Assembly (NCBI GenBank): GCA_965246885.1
Contig: OZ251992.1
Span: forward strand, 3,104,001 to 3,168,000
Reading direction: 5' to 3'
Origin: Abditibacterium sp.
Lineage (GTDB): Bacteria > Armatimonadota > Abditibacteriia > Abditibacteriales > Abditibacteriaceae
Length of the DNA: 64,000 bases
Positions 1-9,640 of the stretch are shown piece after piece. The number at the start of each line of letters is the position of its first letter. The first letter of the stretch is position 1. Under the pieces are notes generated by a model. That model was not told the origin of the DNA and ran no database searches. It was given only the letters and a program-made list of their open reading frames with translations. The translations under genes and the position numbers were made by a program.

Positions 1-819
1 CCCATTAACCTCGACACCATCAACATTCTCTACGGCCTGAACTTGAACTCCATGCAAGTGGACGAATTCTTTCAATCCCAAGCGGAAAAGGTGGAGCAAA
101 TTAAGACCTCAGAAGACGTCGTTGTTTCCAAGGTCGGGCGTGAGCTTTACCAGAAATTCTTCCAAGGTTACACGCGCAAACAGTGGGGCCTCGATCCATC
201 GGAGTTGGATGCGTCCGTCACCTCGCGCGTTCCCACGCGCACCAACCGCGACCCGCGCTACTTCACCGATACGTATCAGGCCATGCCCGCACACGGCTTC
301 ACGCGCTTGTTCGAGAAGATGCTTGACCACCCCAACATTAGTATCATGCTCAATACTGACTACCGCGACGTATTGGAATATATCCCCTACAAAAGCATCG
401 TTTATACCGGCCCCATTGACGAGTTCTTCGGCTTCAAATACGGCAAGCTCCCCTACCGCTCCATCAATTTCAAGCACGAGACGCACCAGACGGAGAAGTA
501 TCAGGACGCGCCCGTCGTCAATTACCCGAACGACTACGCTTATACCCGTATTACCGAGTTCAAGTATCTGACGGGCCAAGAACACGCGAAGACGTCCATT
601 GTCTATGAGTTCCCAACCGGCGAAGGCGACCCGTATTATCCCATTCCACGCCCCGAAAACGCTGAACTTTACAAGCAATACCAAGCCTTGGCGGAAGAGC
701 AAAAGAACGTTTGGTTCGCCGGACGCCTCGCCACTTATAAATACTACAACATGGATCAGTGCGTCGCCCAAGCTCTCACGGTCTACAAGAAAATTGTCGC
801 CGCCGAGTTGGAAAGTTAA
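1..819 (+). CDS. glf: UDP-galactopyranose mutase (5' end outside window)
   Basis: Open frame from base 1 (PINLDTIN..LYG); GYTRKQWG, RYFTDTYQAMP, LPYRS, EPYYP-like DPYYPIP and GRLATYKYYNMDQ motifs. Confidence 0.95.
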   Translation, partial: PINLDTINILYGLNLNSMQVDEFFQSQAEKVEQIKTSEDVVVSKVGRELYQKFFQGYTRKQWGLDPSELDASVTSRVPTRTNRDPRYFTDTYQAMPAHGFTRLFEKMLDHPNISIMLNTDYRDVLEYIPYKSIVYTGPIDEFFGFKYGKLPYRSINFKHETHQTEKYQDAPVVNYPNDYAYTRITEFKYLTGQEHAKTSIVYEFPTGEGDPYYPIPRPENAELYKQYQALAEEQKNVWFAGRLATYKYYNMDQCVAQALTVYKKIVAAELES

Positions 820-823
820 ACGA

Positions 824-852
824 ACGCCCCGCAAGTTCTGCTTGCGGGGCGT
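824..852. terminator. Hairpin between convergent genes, probable bidirectional terminator
   Basis: ACGCCCCGCAAG-ttctg-CTTGCGGGGCGT perfect 12-bp stem. Confidence 0.6.
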
Positions 853-861
853 CGCTCTGTC

Positions 862-2007
862 TCAATACACGTCGCGGTGGTAGCGGTGCTCCTTTTTCAT
901 GGCCTCGACGTAGGCCGCCGCCTCGTCACCCGATTTGCCGCCGAAGCGCTCGATGACTTGATGGAGTGCGGCGTCCACGTCTGCAGCCATGCGGGTTTTG
1001 TCGCCGCAGACGTAAAAAACGCCGCCTTCGTCGAGCCACTGCCAGAACTGCGCGCCCTCTTCCATGATGCGGTGCTGAACGTAGATTTTGTGCGCTTGGT
1101 CGCGCGAGAACGCCGTCGAAAGTTTGGACAAAGAGCCGTCTTGGAGCGCGGCGTGCCATTCCTCTTCGTAGAAGAACTCGCTCGCTTGGTGTTGCTCGCC
1201 GAAAAAGAGCCACGCTTTTCCTTTGGCGCCGGTCATGCGGCGCTCCTCGACGAACGCGCGAAAGGGCGCGACGCCGGTGCCGGGGCCACAGAAGATGACC
1301 GGCACGTCGGCGTCGGGCGCGGGCAAGCGGAAGCGCTTGTTGGGCTGGATGTAGACGGGGATACGGGTGTGGTCTTCCAAGCGGTGCGCCAGCCATGTCG
1401 AAGCGACGCCGCCACGCTCGCGCCCGTGCGAGTTGTATTTGACAGTCGCAACGGTTAAGTGGACTTGTTCGGGGTGCGCTCGCAGGCTGGAGGAGATGGA
1501 GTACAAGCGCACTTGAAGCGGCTTGAGTAGCGGCAGTAGCGTTTCGGCGGAAAAGGAAATCTCCGGGTGTTCCGACAAAATGTCCAGCACGTCGCGGCCA
1601 TACAGATACTCGGCTTTGCGGACGGGGTCATTCATCGCGGCCTCGAAGGAGGATCCGGGCGCTTCGCGTTTGATGGCGTCGAGCAGTTTGGGGCCGGGTT
1701 CGGTGATGGTGAGGTCGTTGCTGAGGGCGTCGAAGAGCGTCTTGTCGCCAAGGGCGCCGTCGTCGGAACGCGCGCCCAAAAAGCCGATGAGCGAAGCGAC
1801 GAGTTCCGGGTCGTTTTGCGGTTGCAACGCGAGCGAGTCGCCGGGTTCGTATTCGATGCCGGAGCCAGAAAGGTCTATCTCGAAGTGGCGCGTGTCTTTG
1901 CCCGATCCGGGCTTGGTGAGCAGTTCCATACGCGCCAAGCGGGCCATGAACGGGTTCTTGCGGTTGGGTTGCGCGGCGGCAGGGGCGACGGGTGAAGCGG
2001 AGTTCAT
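862..2007 (-). CDS. Sulfite reductase flavoprotein (CysJ)-like FAD/NADPH oxidoreductase without the N-terminal flavodoxin domain
   Basis: RLYSISSS, GVASTWL, GPGTGVAPFRAF, LFFG, AFSRDQ..KIYVQHR, YVCGD and C-terminal RYHRDVY; start could also be 2016. Confidence 0.88.
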   Translation of the reverse strand: MNSASPVAPAAAQPNRKNPFMARLARMELLTKPGSGKDTRHFEIDLSGSGIEYEPGDSLALQPQNDPELVASLIGFLGARSDDGALGDKTLFDALSNDLTITEPGPKLLDAIKREAPGSSFEAAMNDPVRKAEYLYGRDVLDILSEHPEISFSAETLLPLLKPLQVRLYSISSSLRAHPEQVHLTVATVKYNSHGRERGGVASTWLAHRLEDHTRIPVYIQPNKRFRLPAPDADVPVIFCGPGTGVAPFRAFVEERRMTGAKGKAWLFFGEQHQASEFFYEEEWHAALQDGSLSKLSTAFSRDQAHKIYVQHRIMEEGAQFWQWLDEGGVFYVCGDKTRMAADVDAALHQVIERFGGKSGDEAAAYVEAMKKEHRYHRDVY

Positions 2008-2163
2008 GCTACTCAATTTAACGAAGCAGGGGGAGTTAAATCAAAGACGAATTGGGAAACACTCCCCGCAGACGCGCCGAGGGGGCAAAGGAAGATGAGG
2101 AAGTTCTTGCCATTCCTTCAACAGACGTTAAAGCGCCGTGCTTATATTGGAACTCTTGTCGTT

Positions 2164-2592
2164 ATGAAGTCAGTCTCCAAACGTAAAGTGCTGTTTGTTT
2201 GCACCCACAATTCGGGCCGTTCGCTGATGGCCAAAGAGATTCTCAATCACCTCTACGGCGACCGTTTTGAAGCGCAAAGCGCCGACTTGCGGCCCGGCCC
2301 TATCAGCCCGATGGTGCATCAAGTTCTCGCAGAGCACTGCATTGACGCCCAGACCGACGAAGCGCCCGCGCTTTTCGATGTCATCCGCACCGACCAAATC
2401 TTCGCCAACGTCGTCACCATTTGCGACGAGAACCTCGCCCGCCCTCCTATCTTCCCCGGCGTGACCGAGCGGCTGGAATGGAAGCTCCCCGACCCCACGA
2501 CCGCCGTCGGCACACCGCAACAAAAGCGCGCCCTCGCTCGGACGGTGCGCGACCGCATCAAGGCCAAAATCGAGAACGAGTTCGGCAACTAA
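2164..2592 (+). CDS. arsC: LMW-PTP-fold arsenate reductase ArsC-like protein
   Basis: VLFVCTHNSGRS (CX5R P-loop), VTICD, W.LPDP, RDRIK; start placed at MKSVSK. Confidence 0.8.
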   Translation: MKSVSKRKVLFVCTHNSGRSLMAKEILNHLYGDRFEAQSADLRPGPISPMVHQVLAEHCIDAQTDEAPALFDVIRTDQIFANVVTICDENLARPPIFPGVTERLEWKLPDPTTAVGTPQQKRALARTVRDRIKAKIENEFGN

Positions 2593-2596
2593 GCGG

Positions 2597-2631
2597 CACA
2601 AAAGCCCGGCTCAGAGAGCTGGGCTTTTGTG
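2597..2631. terminator. Bidirectional intrinsic terminator
   Basis: CACAAAAGCCCGGCTC-aga-GAGCTGGGCTTTTGTG between convergent arsC and trxB. Confidence 0.7.
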
Positions 2632-2643
2632 GTGGTAGCCGGT

Positions 2644-3894
2644 TCAAACCGTCGCGGCTTCTTTGACGCGGTCAATGATGGGTTCGTCGGCGGTGGCTTG
2701 GCTCGTCCAGTGAGAGATGCCGATGTTTTGGAGCGACAGGTCAACGGCGTCGCCGTCGAGTCCCTCTTTTTCGGCGAGTTTCTCGGCGAGGTATCGCTCG
2801 GCTTCGATGGCGGCCATGCAACCCATCCCGGCGGCGGTGATGGCTTGGCGATAGTAATGGTCGGACACATCGCCCGCGACGAAAACGCCGGGAACGTAGT
2901 CCATGCCGCTCATCTTGTGGTTGCAAGCGTTCATCGAAGGCAGGGCGCGCATGTGCTTGTCGCGCTCCAAATAGCCCGCCTCGTCCGTCTTCAGTTGGTT
3001 GTGAAACAACTGGGTGTTGGGCGTGTGACCGATGGCGACGAACACACCGTCTACTGCGAGTTCTTCGCGCGCCCCGTCGCGCGGGTCTTCGAGAACGGCT
3101 TTGGCAAGCACTTCCTTGTCGGCGAAGAACTTGGAAGTTTGGGCGAGCGGGTGGGGCTTGCCGACTAAGTCCACAATGGCGCGGAAGGGGTGAATGTGAA
3201 TGTTGGGGTTCCGTTTGCCGCGCTCGATCATTACTTTGGACGCGCGGAACTCGTCGCGGCGGTGGATGAGATGGACGGTGATGCCCAGATTCGCCAAGTA
3301 AGACGCTTCCTCGAACGCCGAATCGCCGCCGCCCACAACCGCGACCGTCTTGCCCTTGTAGGAGTGCCCGTCGCACGTCGCGCACGTCGAAACGCCGCCG
3401 CCCTGCCCGAAGAACTTATCCTCAGCAGGGATGTTGAGCAGCTTCGCGGCGGCCCCGGTCGCAATGATAAGCGCGCGGGTTTGGAATTCTTTGCCCGACT
3501 CGGTGCGCACCGTATACAATTCGCCGGGGCGCGAGCAGATGTCTATCTCGGTGACGAACTCCTCTAACATCTCCGCCCCGAAGTGCCGCGCTTGCAACTC
3601 CATCTTCGCCATGAGGTGCGGGCCGGACAAGCCCTTCACGTCTTGGATGGCAGCGTCGCGCGCGTCGCCTTCGAGGTAAGCGAGCGTGTCGAGGTCAACC
3701 AAAGTTTCGATGGCGCCGGGGAAGTTCTCGATGTCGGAAGTGGCCATGAGTTGCCCGCCCTTGACGCGCGAGGTCTTCTTGTCGGCGCTTCCGGCGATGA
3801 GAAGCGGGTGCAAGTTGGCGCGCGCCGTATACAGCGCGGCGGTGTAACCGGACGGGCCGGAGCCGATAATAATGACGTTGCGGATGTCGCTCAT
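2644..3894 (-). CDS. trxB: Thioredoxin-disulfide reductase
   Basis: GSGPSGYTAALY, GGQL, IATGA, CATCDG redox motif, VGGGDSA, HRRDEFRASK, GDV...YRQAITAAG. Confidence 0.95.
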   Translation of the reverse strand: MSDIRNVIIIGSGPSGYTAALYTARANLHPLLIAGSADKKTSRVKGGQLMATSDIENFPGAIETLVDLDTLAYLEGDARDAAIQDVKGLSGPHLMAKMELQARHFGAEMLEEFVTEIDICSRPGELYTVRTESGKEFQTRALIIATGAAAKLLNIPAEDKFFGQGGGVSTCATCDGHSYKGKTVAVVGGGDSAFEEASYLANLGITVHLIHRRDEFRASKVMIERGKRNPNIHIHPFRAIVDLVGKPHPLAQTSKFFADKEVLAKAVLEDPRDGAREELAVDGVFVAIGHTPNTQLFHNQLKTDEAGYLERDKHMRALPSMNACNHKMSGMDYVPGVFVAGDVSDHYYRQAITAAGMGCMAAIEAERYLAEKLAEKEGLDGDAVDLSLQNIGISHWTSQATADEPIIDRVKEAATV

Positions 3895-3948
3895 GGTTGT
3901 TAAGTCTACGGACTATGCGCCGTTGTTCGAGTTCCATCGAACAATGGA

Positions 3949-4254
3949 CTAAAGAGAGTTGGGATGCACAACGTGAAAGCCGCGCCACTCATGCGGCTCT
4001 TGGTCGTCCACGATGAAGTGTGGCTTGGGTACAAACGCCTCGAAGCACTCTTCGACGCCGAACTCGCGGGCGCTTTCTCTGGCGTATTCGCCGCCCCCAG
4101 TACTCCAGCAATACAGAGCCGCGCCTCCCTCTTTCAGTTTGTGGATGTGCGCGATGACATTTGGCATTGGGATACGTTTGGTACCGATGCTGCGGACGAA
4201 GGTGTCGTCTACGTCAATGTAAATAATGGATGTTCGCACGGGTAGGAGGCTCAC
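3949..4254 (-). CDS. Small HAD-like protein (DUF705-like)
   Basis: IYIDVDDT (DxDxT), WSTGG, KP..IVDD; GTG start overlaps the ndh stop (GTGA). Confidence 0.65.
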   Translation of the reverse strand: MSLLPVRTSIIYIDVDDTFVRSIGTKRIPMPNVIAHIHKLKEGGAALYCWSTGGGEYARESAREFGVEECFEAFVPKPHFIVDDQEPHEWRGFHVVHPNSL

Positions 4255-5555
4255 GTCGTGGGCGTTTCGTTCACGGTATGCGTAATCAGGCGGGCGGAGC
4301 GGTTGTAGCTTAGATACGAATACATCCATGTCAGGATGACGATGAGGCGGTTCTCGAAGCCAATCAGAAAGTAAATGTGGATGAGGAGCCACATCAGCCA
4401 CGCGATGAAGCCCTTAACGTGGACGCCTTTGGCGACGCCGACGGCGGAGTTGCGGCCGATGGTGGCGAGCATGCCCCGGTCGTCGAAGCCAAACGGGGTG
4501 GGCGCGGCGTGCGGGTCTTCGAGCAGTTGCTTGATGCGCTTGCCCATGTAAACGCCTTGCTGAATGGCGACGGTGGCGATGCCGGGAAGCGCGGGGCCGC
4601 CATGTTCGTAGTGGGCGAGGTCGCCGATGACGAAGGCTTCGGGGTGGCCGGGCAAGGAGCAGTCGGCGTTCACGACGACGCGCCCACCTTTATCGGTGTC
4701 GCCGCCCAGTTTTTTGCCCAAGGGCGAGGCTTGCACGCCCGCGCCCCATATGACGGTCTTGGCGGGGATGAAGTCGTCCCCGACGAAAACGCCGTCTGCG
4801 GTGATGTTCGTCACGCGCTTGCCCAAGCGGATTTCGACGTTCATCCGCTTGAGTTGGTCGTAAGCCGAGTCGGATAGGTCGCGGGGGTAGTCGGGCAGGA
4901 TGCGGTCGCCGGACTGGACGAGGATGACTTTGGCGTGCGTCGGGTCAATGGAGCGAAAATCGCCTTTGAGGGTTTGGCTGGCGATTTCGCGGATGGCGCC
5001 CGCCATCTCGACGCCGGTCGGCCCTCCGCCGATGCACACGAAAGTCAGATAGGCGTCGCGCGCGGCGGAGCCTTCGGCCATCCTTTCGGCAGTTTCGTAG
5101 GCGCACAGAATACGGCGGCGGATGTCGAGGGCGTCCTCGACGGATTTTAGCCCCGGCGCGTGCTGCGCCCACTCGTCGTGGCCGAAGTAAGTTCCCGTCG
5201 CGCCCGCCGCGACGATGAGATAATCGTATTGGTAGTCGCCGTCTCGGAGCATGACGCGCTTGCCGTTTTGGTCTATATCGCTGACTTCGCCCAACACGAC
5301 GCGCACGTTTTTAAAGCGGCGCAGGATGGAGCGGATGGGCGAGGCGATGTCGCCTTCGGACAGCGCCGCCGACGCGACCTGATACAGCAAGGGCTGGAAC
5401 AGGTGGTAGTTCTCGCGGTCAATGACGGTGATGTCAACGGGCAACTTGGCGAGGTGGCGCGCGGCGTAGATGCCGCCAAAACCGCCGCCAATAATGACGA
5501 TGTGCGGGCGCGGGCCGGAAGTTTTAGGGGTGGTAGACGAAAGCGGTTCGGGCAT
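4251..5555 (-). CDS. ndh: Type II NADH dehydrogenase
   Basis: GGGFGG, HLFQPLLYQVA, GGGPTGVEMAG, WGAGV, IGD, AIQQG, ATIGR and a C-terminal amphipathic WLLIHIYFL segment. Confidence 0.92.
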   Translation of the reverse strand: MPEPLSSTTPKTSGPRPHIVIIGGGFGGIYAARHLAKLPVDITVIDRENYHLFQPLLYQVASAALSEGDIASPIRSILRRFKNVRVVLGEVSDIDQNGKRVMLRDGDYQYDYLIVAAGATGTYFGHDEWAQHAPGLKSVEDALDIRRRILCAYETAERMAEGSAARDAYLTFVCIGGGPTGVEMAGAIREIASQTLKGDFRSIDPTHAKVILVQSGDRILPDYPRDLSDSAYDQLKRMNVEIRLGKRVTNITADGVFVGDDFIPAKTVIWGAGVQASPLGKKLGGDTDKGGRVVVNADCSLPGHPEAFVIGDLAHYEHGGPALPGIATVAIQQGVYMGKRIKQLLEDPHAAPTPFGFDDRGMLATIGRNSAVGVAKGVHVKGFIAWLMWLLIHIYFLIGFENRLIVILTWMYSYLSYNRSARLITHTVNETPTT

Positions 5556-5603
5556 GATGGCGCCGCGCGGAGCCGCAACTTGCGTTCCATCCTACTACAA
5601 GCG

Positions 5604-6491
5604 TTAGCGGCAAGCTCCCGGCGTGGCGGTTTGCCCGTCGAACTCGACGGCGCGGCAGGCGGTGGCGGTGGCGGCGTGCTTGTCGGTCGCGGTTAGACGC
5701 CACTCGTTGTGTCCCGTTTGAAGCGGGACGCGGCGCACGAAAGCGCCGTTGCTAAGCACGCGCACGCACTCGTTGCCCAAACAAAGCGCGTCGCCCGCTT
5801 CGGTTTGGCCGGAAAGGATGGCGCTCTTTTGGACGGTGCGCACGTCCACATCGAGCGTGGGGCGCAGTAGGTCGGGGTTGGCCGCGAACGCGGCGGCGTT
5901 ATGGGCGCTTTCGAGCGCGACGCTTCCCCCGTTGCCCGTGACGGCTTCTTTGCCGGGGCGCACGGTCTGGGCGCCCCCGGCGCCGCTCACTTCGACGAAG
6001 CCCTTGTAAACCCCGACGCGGGTTTGACCGCCATTAACTTCGATGCTCCAAACGGTGCCGCGCACGGCGGCGACGGCGCTGGGCGTTTCGATTTGAAAAC
6101 TGGAGCCGGGCGCGAGCGTCTTGACGACGCGCACGAAGACCTTGCCCGCGTCGAGCTTGAACTGGGTCTGCTCGGTTTTGCGCCACGAGTTCGAGGCGGC
6201 GCGGGTGATGGACAGGTGGGTGCTTGGCTCCAACTTCCAGCGCGTGCCGTCGGCCCACGCGAACTCGGCGCGGCCATCGCTCCCGGTTTGGAGTTCGTCG
6301 CCGGTCTTGACGGTTTCGCCGAGGGTGACGGGACTAAACGCGCCTTGGCCACCGCGCCGCAGTTCGACGCGGCCCGACACCGCCTTGGCCGAGGCCAAGC
6401 GCGACACGATGAAAAGCGACTGCGCCATCAAGCAAAACAGCACGATGAGGATCGAAGCGTTGGCGAAAATAATTAGGGCAGGTTTTCTCAT
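5604..6491 (-). CDS. FecR-domain protein with C-terminal Ig-like segment
   Basis: N-terminal TM segment; GDELQTG..GRAE...ADGT, LDAGKV, ETPSAVAAVRGT. Confidence 0.8.
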   Translation of the reverse strand: MRKPALIIFANASILIVLFCLMAQSLFIVSRLASAKAVSGRVELRRGGQGAFSPVTLGETVKTGDELQTGSDGRAEFAWADGTRWKLEPSTHLSITRAASNSWRKTEQTQFKLDAGKVFVRVVKTLAPGSSFQIETPSAVAAVRGTVWSIEVNGGQTRVGVYKGFVEVSGAGGAQTVRPGKEAVTGNGGSVALESAHNAAAFAANPDLLRPTLDVDVRTVQKSAILSGQTEAGDALCLGNECVRVLSNGAFVRRVPLQTGHNEWRLTATDKHAATATACRAVEFDGQTATPGACR

Positions 6492-6637
6492 CGGGCGACC
6501 TCAAGCGCGGCGCGGCACATTCCCGCTAACTATACCCCGATGACCACTTTCTTAAACCGATTTGCGGGTTAAATTTCCCTTTATTTATACGGCGGGCGAA
6601 AAGCGGCAAACTGCGGCACGTTTACTGTGCCCATTCC

Positions 6638-8626
6638 ATGAAGAACTCCTTCGCGCGCGTGGCGACTGCGCTCCTGCTGCTGTTGGCGTTGCAACTGGTC
6701 GCGGTCGCGGCGCGCTTCCATCTGGGCGCCCTGAGCGGAGCGTTTGAGGGCCTCGAACTGCGCTTGCTGGACGCCCGCTTTGGCATACGCGGCGCTAAAT
6801 CCCCGGCGGAGATGGCGCGCATCTCCCAATCGGTCGTCGTCGTGGCGATGGACGACGCGACCGACGGGCGCTTTGGCCACCCCCTGCCGCGCGATGTTCA
6901 CGCCCGCATGGTGCGCCGCCTGCAAAGCGCCGGGGCGCGCGCGGTTTTGTTCGACGTGCTGTTTCTCGACCCCTCGCGCCGCGACGCGAGCGGGGACGCC
7001 GACTTCGCGCGCGCCGTGCGGGAGTCCGGCCACGTCTTCTTGCCCTTCGATACCGCCTCGACCGACCCCGCCGACGCCGCAACTCTGCGCGCCCTGCAAG
7101 CGCGCGCCGCCGTTGGCACCCCGTCCGCCGCGCGCATGGAGCCGTTCCGCCCACCTTTTCCCGCGCTCTTTGACGCGGCGCGCGGTTTGGGGCACGTGGA
7201 CACACAGTCGGATTTGGACGGCAAGTTCCGCCGCTCCGTGCTGCTTCTGGAAAAGGATGGCGTGGCCTATCCCCACCTCGCGCTCGCGGCTCTGGCCGAT
7301 GAGTGGGGCGTGCCACGCGCGCAAATTGCCCTGCGCGGCGACGTGTTGCACGTCGGAACGCATGTCTTCGGGCCGCTTCCGCATCTCGACTCGCGCGGCG
7401 ACGGGCACACAACGCGCAAGTGGCTCTTGCCCCTCGACTTCGCCGGAGGGCGCACGGTCATGGACACGCTCACCCTTTCCTACGGCGAGGTTTTGGACGG
7501 CAAGCATGACGACCACCTCAAAGGGCGCATCGTCCTTATCGGCGAAACCGCGACCGGCACGCCCGACCTGCGCCCCGCGCCTTTCGATGAGCGCGCGAAC
7601 TTTGTGGGCATTCACACCAACGCCACGCTCCTCGCCAACCTGCTCCAAGACGACTATTTGCGCCCCGCGCCGCCCCTGTTAAACGCGGCGCTGGCCGTCT
7701 TGTGCGGGGTGTGCGGCGGGCTAATGGCACTCGCGCTACGGCCCGTGTGGTCACTGGCGGGCGTCTTGTTGCTGGCACTCCTCGCATTTGTGTTCTCGTG
7801 CCTCGCGTTCATATCCGGCGGTTTAGTAGTCGAAACGACGGCGCCGCTTCTGTGCTTGGGCACCTCGGCCATCGGCATGGCCGCGTTTCGCTCGGCCACC
7901 TTCGAGCGCGCGTCCAAGGAAAGCGCCCGCGCGCTCTTGGAAACGCAAACCCTGCTGGGCCACATCGTCAACCCCCGCTTGGCGCGCGAGTTAGCCGCCG
8001 ACCCGCAAAAGCGGTTGGAACTGCAAATCGGCGCGCGCCGCGAGGTGTCCGTCTTGTTTTGCGACATCCGCAACTTCACGCCTTGGTGCGAAACGCAAAC
8101 GCCCGAAGGCGTCAAAAGCCGACTGGACGACTACTTCCCGCTCCTGTGCGAGATTTGCGAGGACGACTACGATGGCTTCATAGACAAGTTCATCGGCGAC
8201 GCGGTCATGGTCGTTTGGAACGCGCACCGCGACCACCCCGACCACGCCGCCCGCGCTTGTGCGGCGGCACTGGCCATGCGGCGCGGCCTCGTCTCGCTCA
8301 ACGACGGCTGGAAAAAGCAGGGGCTGGCGCCCTTTGACATCGGCATCGGCATCGCGTCGGGCGAAGCTATCTGGGGCACTTTCGGCGCCCCCAACCGCAA
8401 AGTCGCGCCTACCGTCTTGGGCGACACGGTCAACGTCGCCGCCCGCTTGGAAGGGTTGTCCAAGCAGTTCGGCCCCATCGTCGTTTCCGCCGCCACCAAA
8501 GACGCGCTGGGCGAAAACTTCCGCGTCCGGCTGGCGGGCGAAGTCGAGATCAAAGGAAAAAGCGAGCGGCAAGCGGTGTATGTGGTGGAAGCGGGCGACG
8601 CTTCGCCCGCGCCGTTCGGTCATTGA
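6638..8626 (+). CDS. CHASE2-domain adenylate/guanylate cyclase
   Basis: CHASE2 motifs (PLPR..HA, FDVLF, DLDGKFR, KGRIVLIG), three TM helices, class III cyclase motifs LFCDIRNFT, DKFIGDAVM, GIGIASG, GDTVNVAARLE, IKGK. Confidence 0.92.
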   Translation: MKNSFARVATALLLLLALQLVAVAARFHLGALSGAFEGLELRLLDARFGIRGAKSPAEMARISQSVVVVAMDDATDGRFGHPLPRDVHARMVRRLQSAGARAVLFDVLFLDPSRRDASGDADFARAVRESGHVFLPFDTASTDPADAATLRALQARAAVGTPSAARMEPFRPPFPALFDAARGLGHVDTQSDLDGKFRRSVLLLEKDGVAYPHLALAALADEWGVPRAQIALRGDVLHVGTHVFGPLPHLDSRGDGHTTRKWLLPLDFAGGRTVMDTLTLSYGEVLDGKHDDHLKGRIVLIGETATGTPDLRPAPFDERANFVGIHTNATLLANLLQDDYLRPAPPLLNAALAVLCGVCGGLMALALRPVWSLAGVLLLALLAFVFSCLAFISGGLVVETTAPLLCLGTSAIGMAAFRSATFERASKESARALLETQTLLGHIVNPRLARELAADPQKRLELQIGARREVSVLFCDIRNFTPWCETQTPEGVKSRLDDYFPLLCEICEDDYDGFIDKFIGDAVMVVWNAHRDHPDHAARACAAALAMRRGLVSLNDGWKKQGLAPFDIGIGIASGEAIWGTFGAPNRKVAPTVLGDTVNVAARLEGLSKQFGPIVVSAATKDALGENFRVRLAGEVEIKGKSERQAVYVVEAGDASPAPFGH

Positions 8627-8777
8627 GCGGCTTCGTTCGGCCATTGAACAAGTTCGTTCAGTCGTTGAACAAGTTCGTTCAGTCGTTGAACGAGTTCGTT
8701 CAGTCGTTGAACGAGTTCGTTCAGTCGTCGAAGGAAGCCGTTCGGTCGTCGAAGGAAGCCGTCTAACGACCGAACGG
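8613..8777. repeat. 21-bp tandem repeat array, about 7-8 units
   Basis: Unit GAACRAGTTCGTTCAGTCGTT, homogeneous in the centre and degenerate at both ends; begins across the cyclase stop codon. Confidence 0.9.
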
Positions 8778-8866
8778 CACGGGGCGGCTCTTGTCGGAAG
8801 AGCCAAGACCCCCCAACTTCGCTGTTAAACTGCGCGGGCTTTTCTCCGCAGGACTTCTTAATTTTC

Positions 8867-9604
8867 ATGGCCGGACATTCCAAATGGAAAAACATACGCC
8901 TTCACAAAGGCAAGGCCGACGCGCAACGCGGCGCGCTGTTTGGCAAGCTGTCGCGCGAACTCACCGTCGCCGCCAAGTCGGGCGGCGGCTCGGCTGACTC
9001 CAACCCGCGCCTGCGCCTCGCCGTCGAAAAAGCGCGCGAAGCGTCCATGCCCGCCGACAACATCAAGCGCGCCATCCAAAAAGGCACCGGCGAACTGGCG
9101 AGCGAAGCCGTCGCGGAGATTACCTACGAAGGCTACGGGCCGGGCGGCGTCGCCGTGCTCGTCGAAACCGAAACCGACAACCGCAACCGCACCGTCGAAA
9201 AAGTGCGCACAGCGTTTTCCAAAAACGGCGGCTCGCTCGGCGAATCGGGCAGCGTCGCGTGGCAGTTCGCGCGCAAAGGCATCTTGAGCGTGGCCCTTGA
9301 GGGAACCGACGAAGACGCCCTCTTCGAGGCGGCCTTGGAATCCGGGGCCGATGAAGTCGAGCGCGAGGATGAGGAGTTCTCGGTTCAAACGGCGCCCGAC
9401 TCCGTGTCGAGCGTCCAAAACGCCCTTGAAGCGGCGGGCTTCAAAGTAACCAACATCGAAGTCGGCTTTATCCCGGCCAATACCATCGAGCTATCGGGCG
9501 AAAACGCCGCCAAGATGCTACGCTTGCTCGATGTGCTCGAAGAGTTAGACGACGTCTCGAACGTGTCGGCCAACTTTGAACTGGCCGGAGGCGAGGAAAA
9601 CTAA
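8867..9604 (+). CDS. yebC: YebC/PmpR family protein
   Basis: MAGHSKWKNI, NPRLRLA, YEGYGPGG, TDNRNRT, LEELDDV. Confidence 0.96.
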   Translation: MAGHSKWKNIRLHKGKADAQRGALFGKLSRELTVAAKSGGGSADSNPRLRLAVEKAREASMPADNIKRAIQKGTGELASEAVAEITYEGYGPGGVAVLVETETDNRNRTVEKVRTAFSKNGGSLGESGSVAWQFARKGILSVALEGTDEDALFEAALESGADEVEREDEEFSVQTAPDSVSSVQNALEAAGFKVTNIEVGFIPANTIELSGENAAKMLRLLDVLEELDDVSNVSANFELAGGEEN

Positions 9605-9640
9605 ACACCTACAACAGGCCCCGGCCTGTTCTTCACTCTC

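Noticed and set aside
6553..6573. Imperfect palindrome TTAAACCG-N5-CGGGTTAA between the FecR and cyclase genes
   Set aside because: Single imperfect occurrence; insufficient to call an operator
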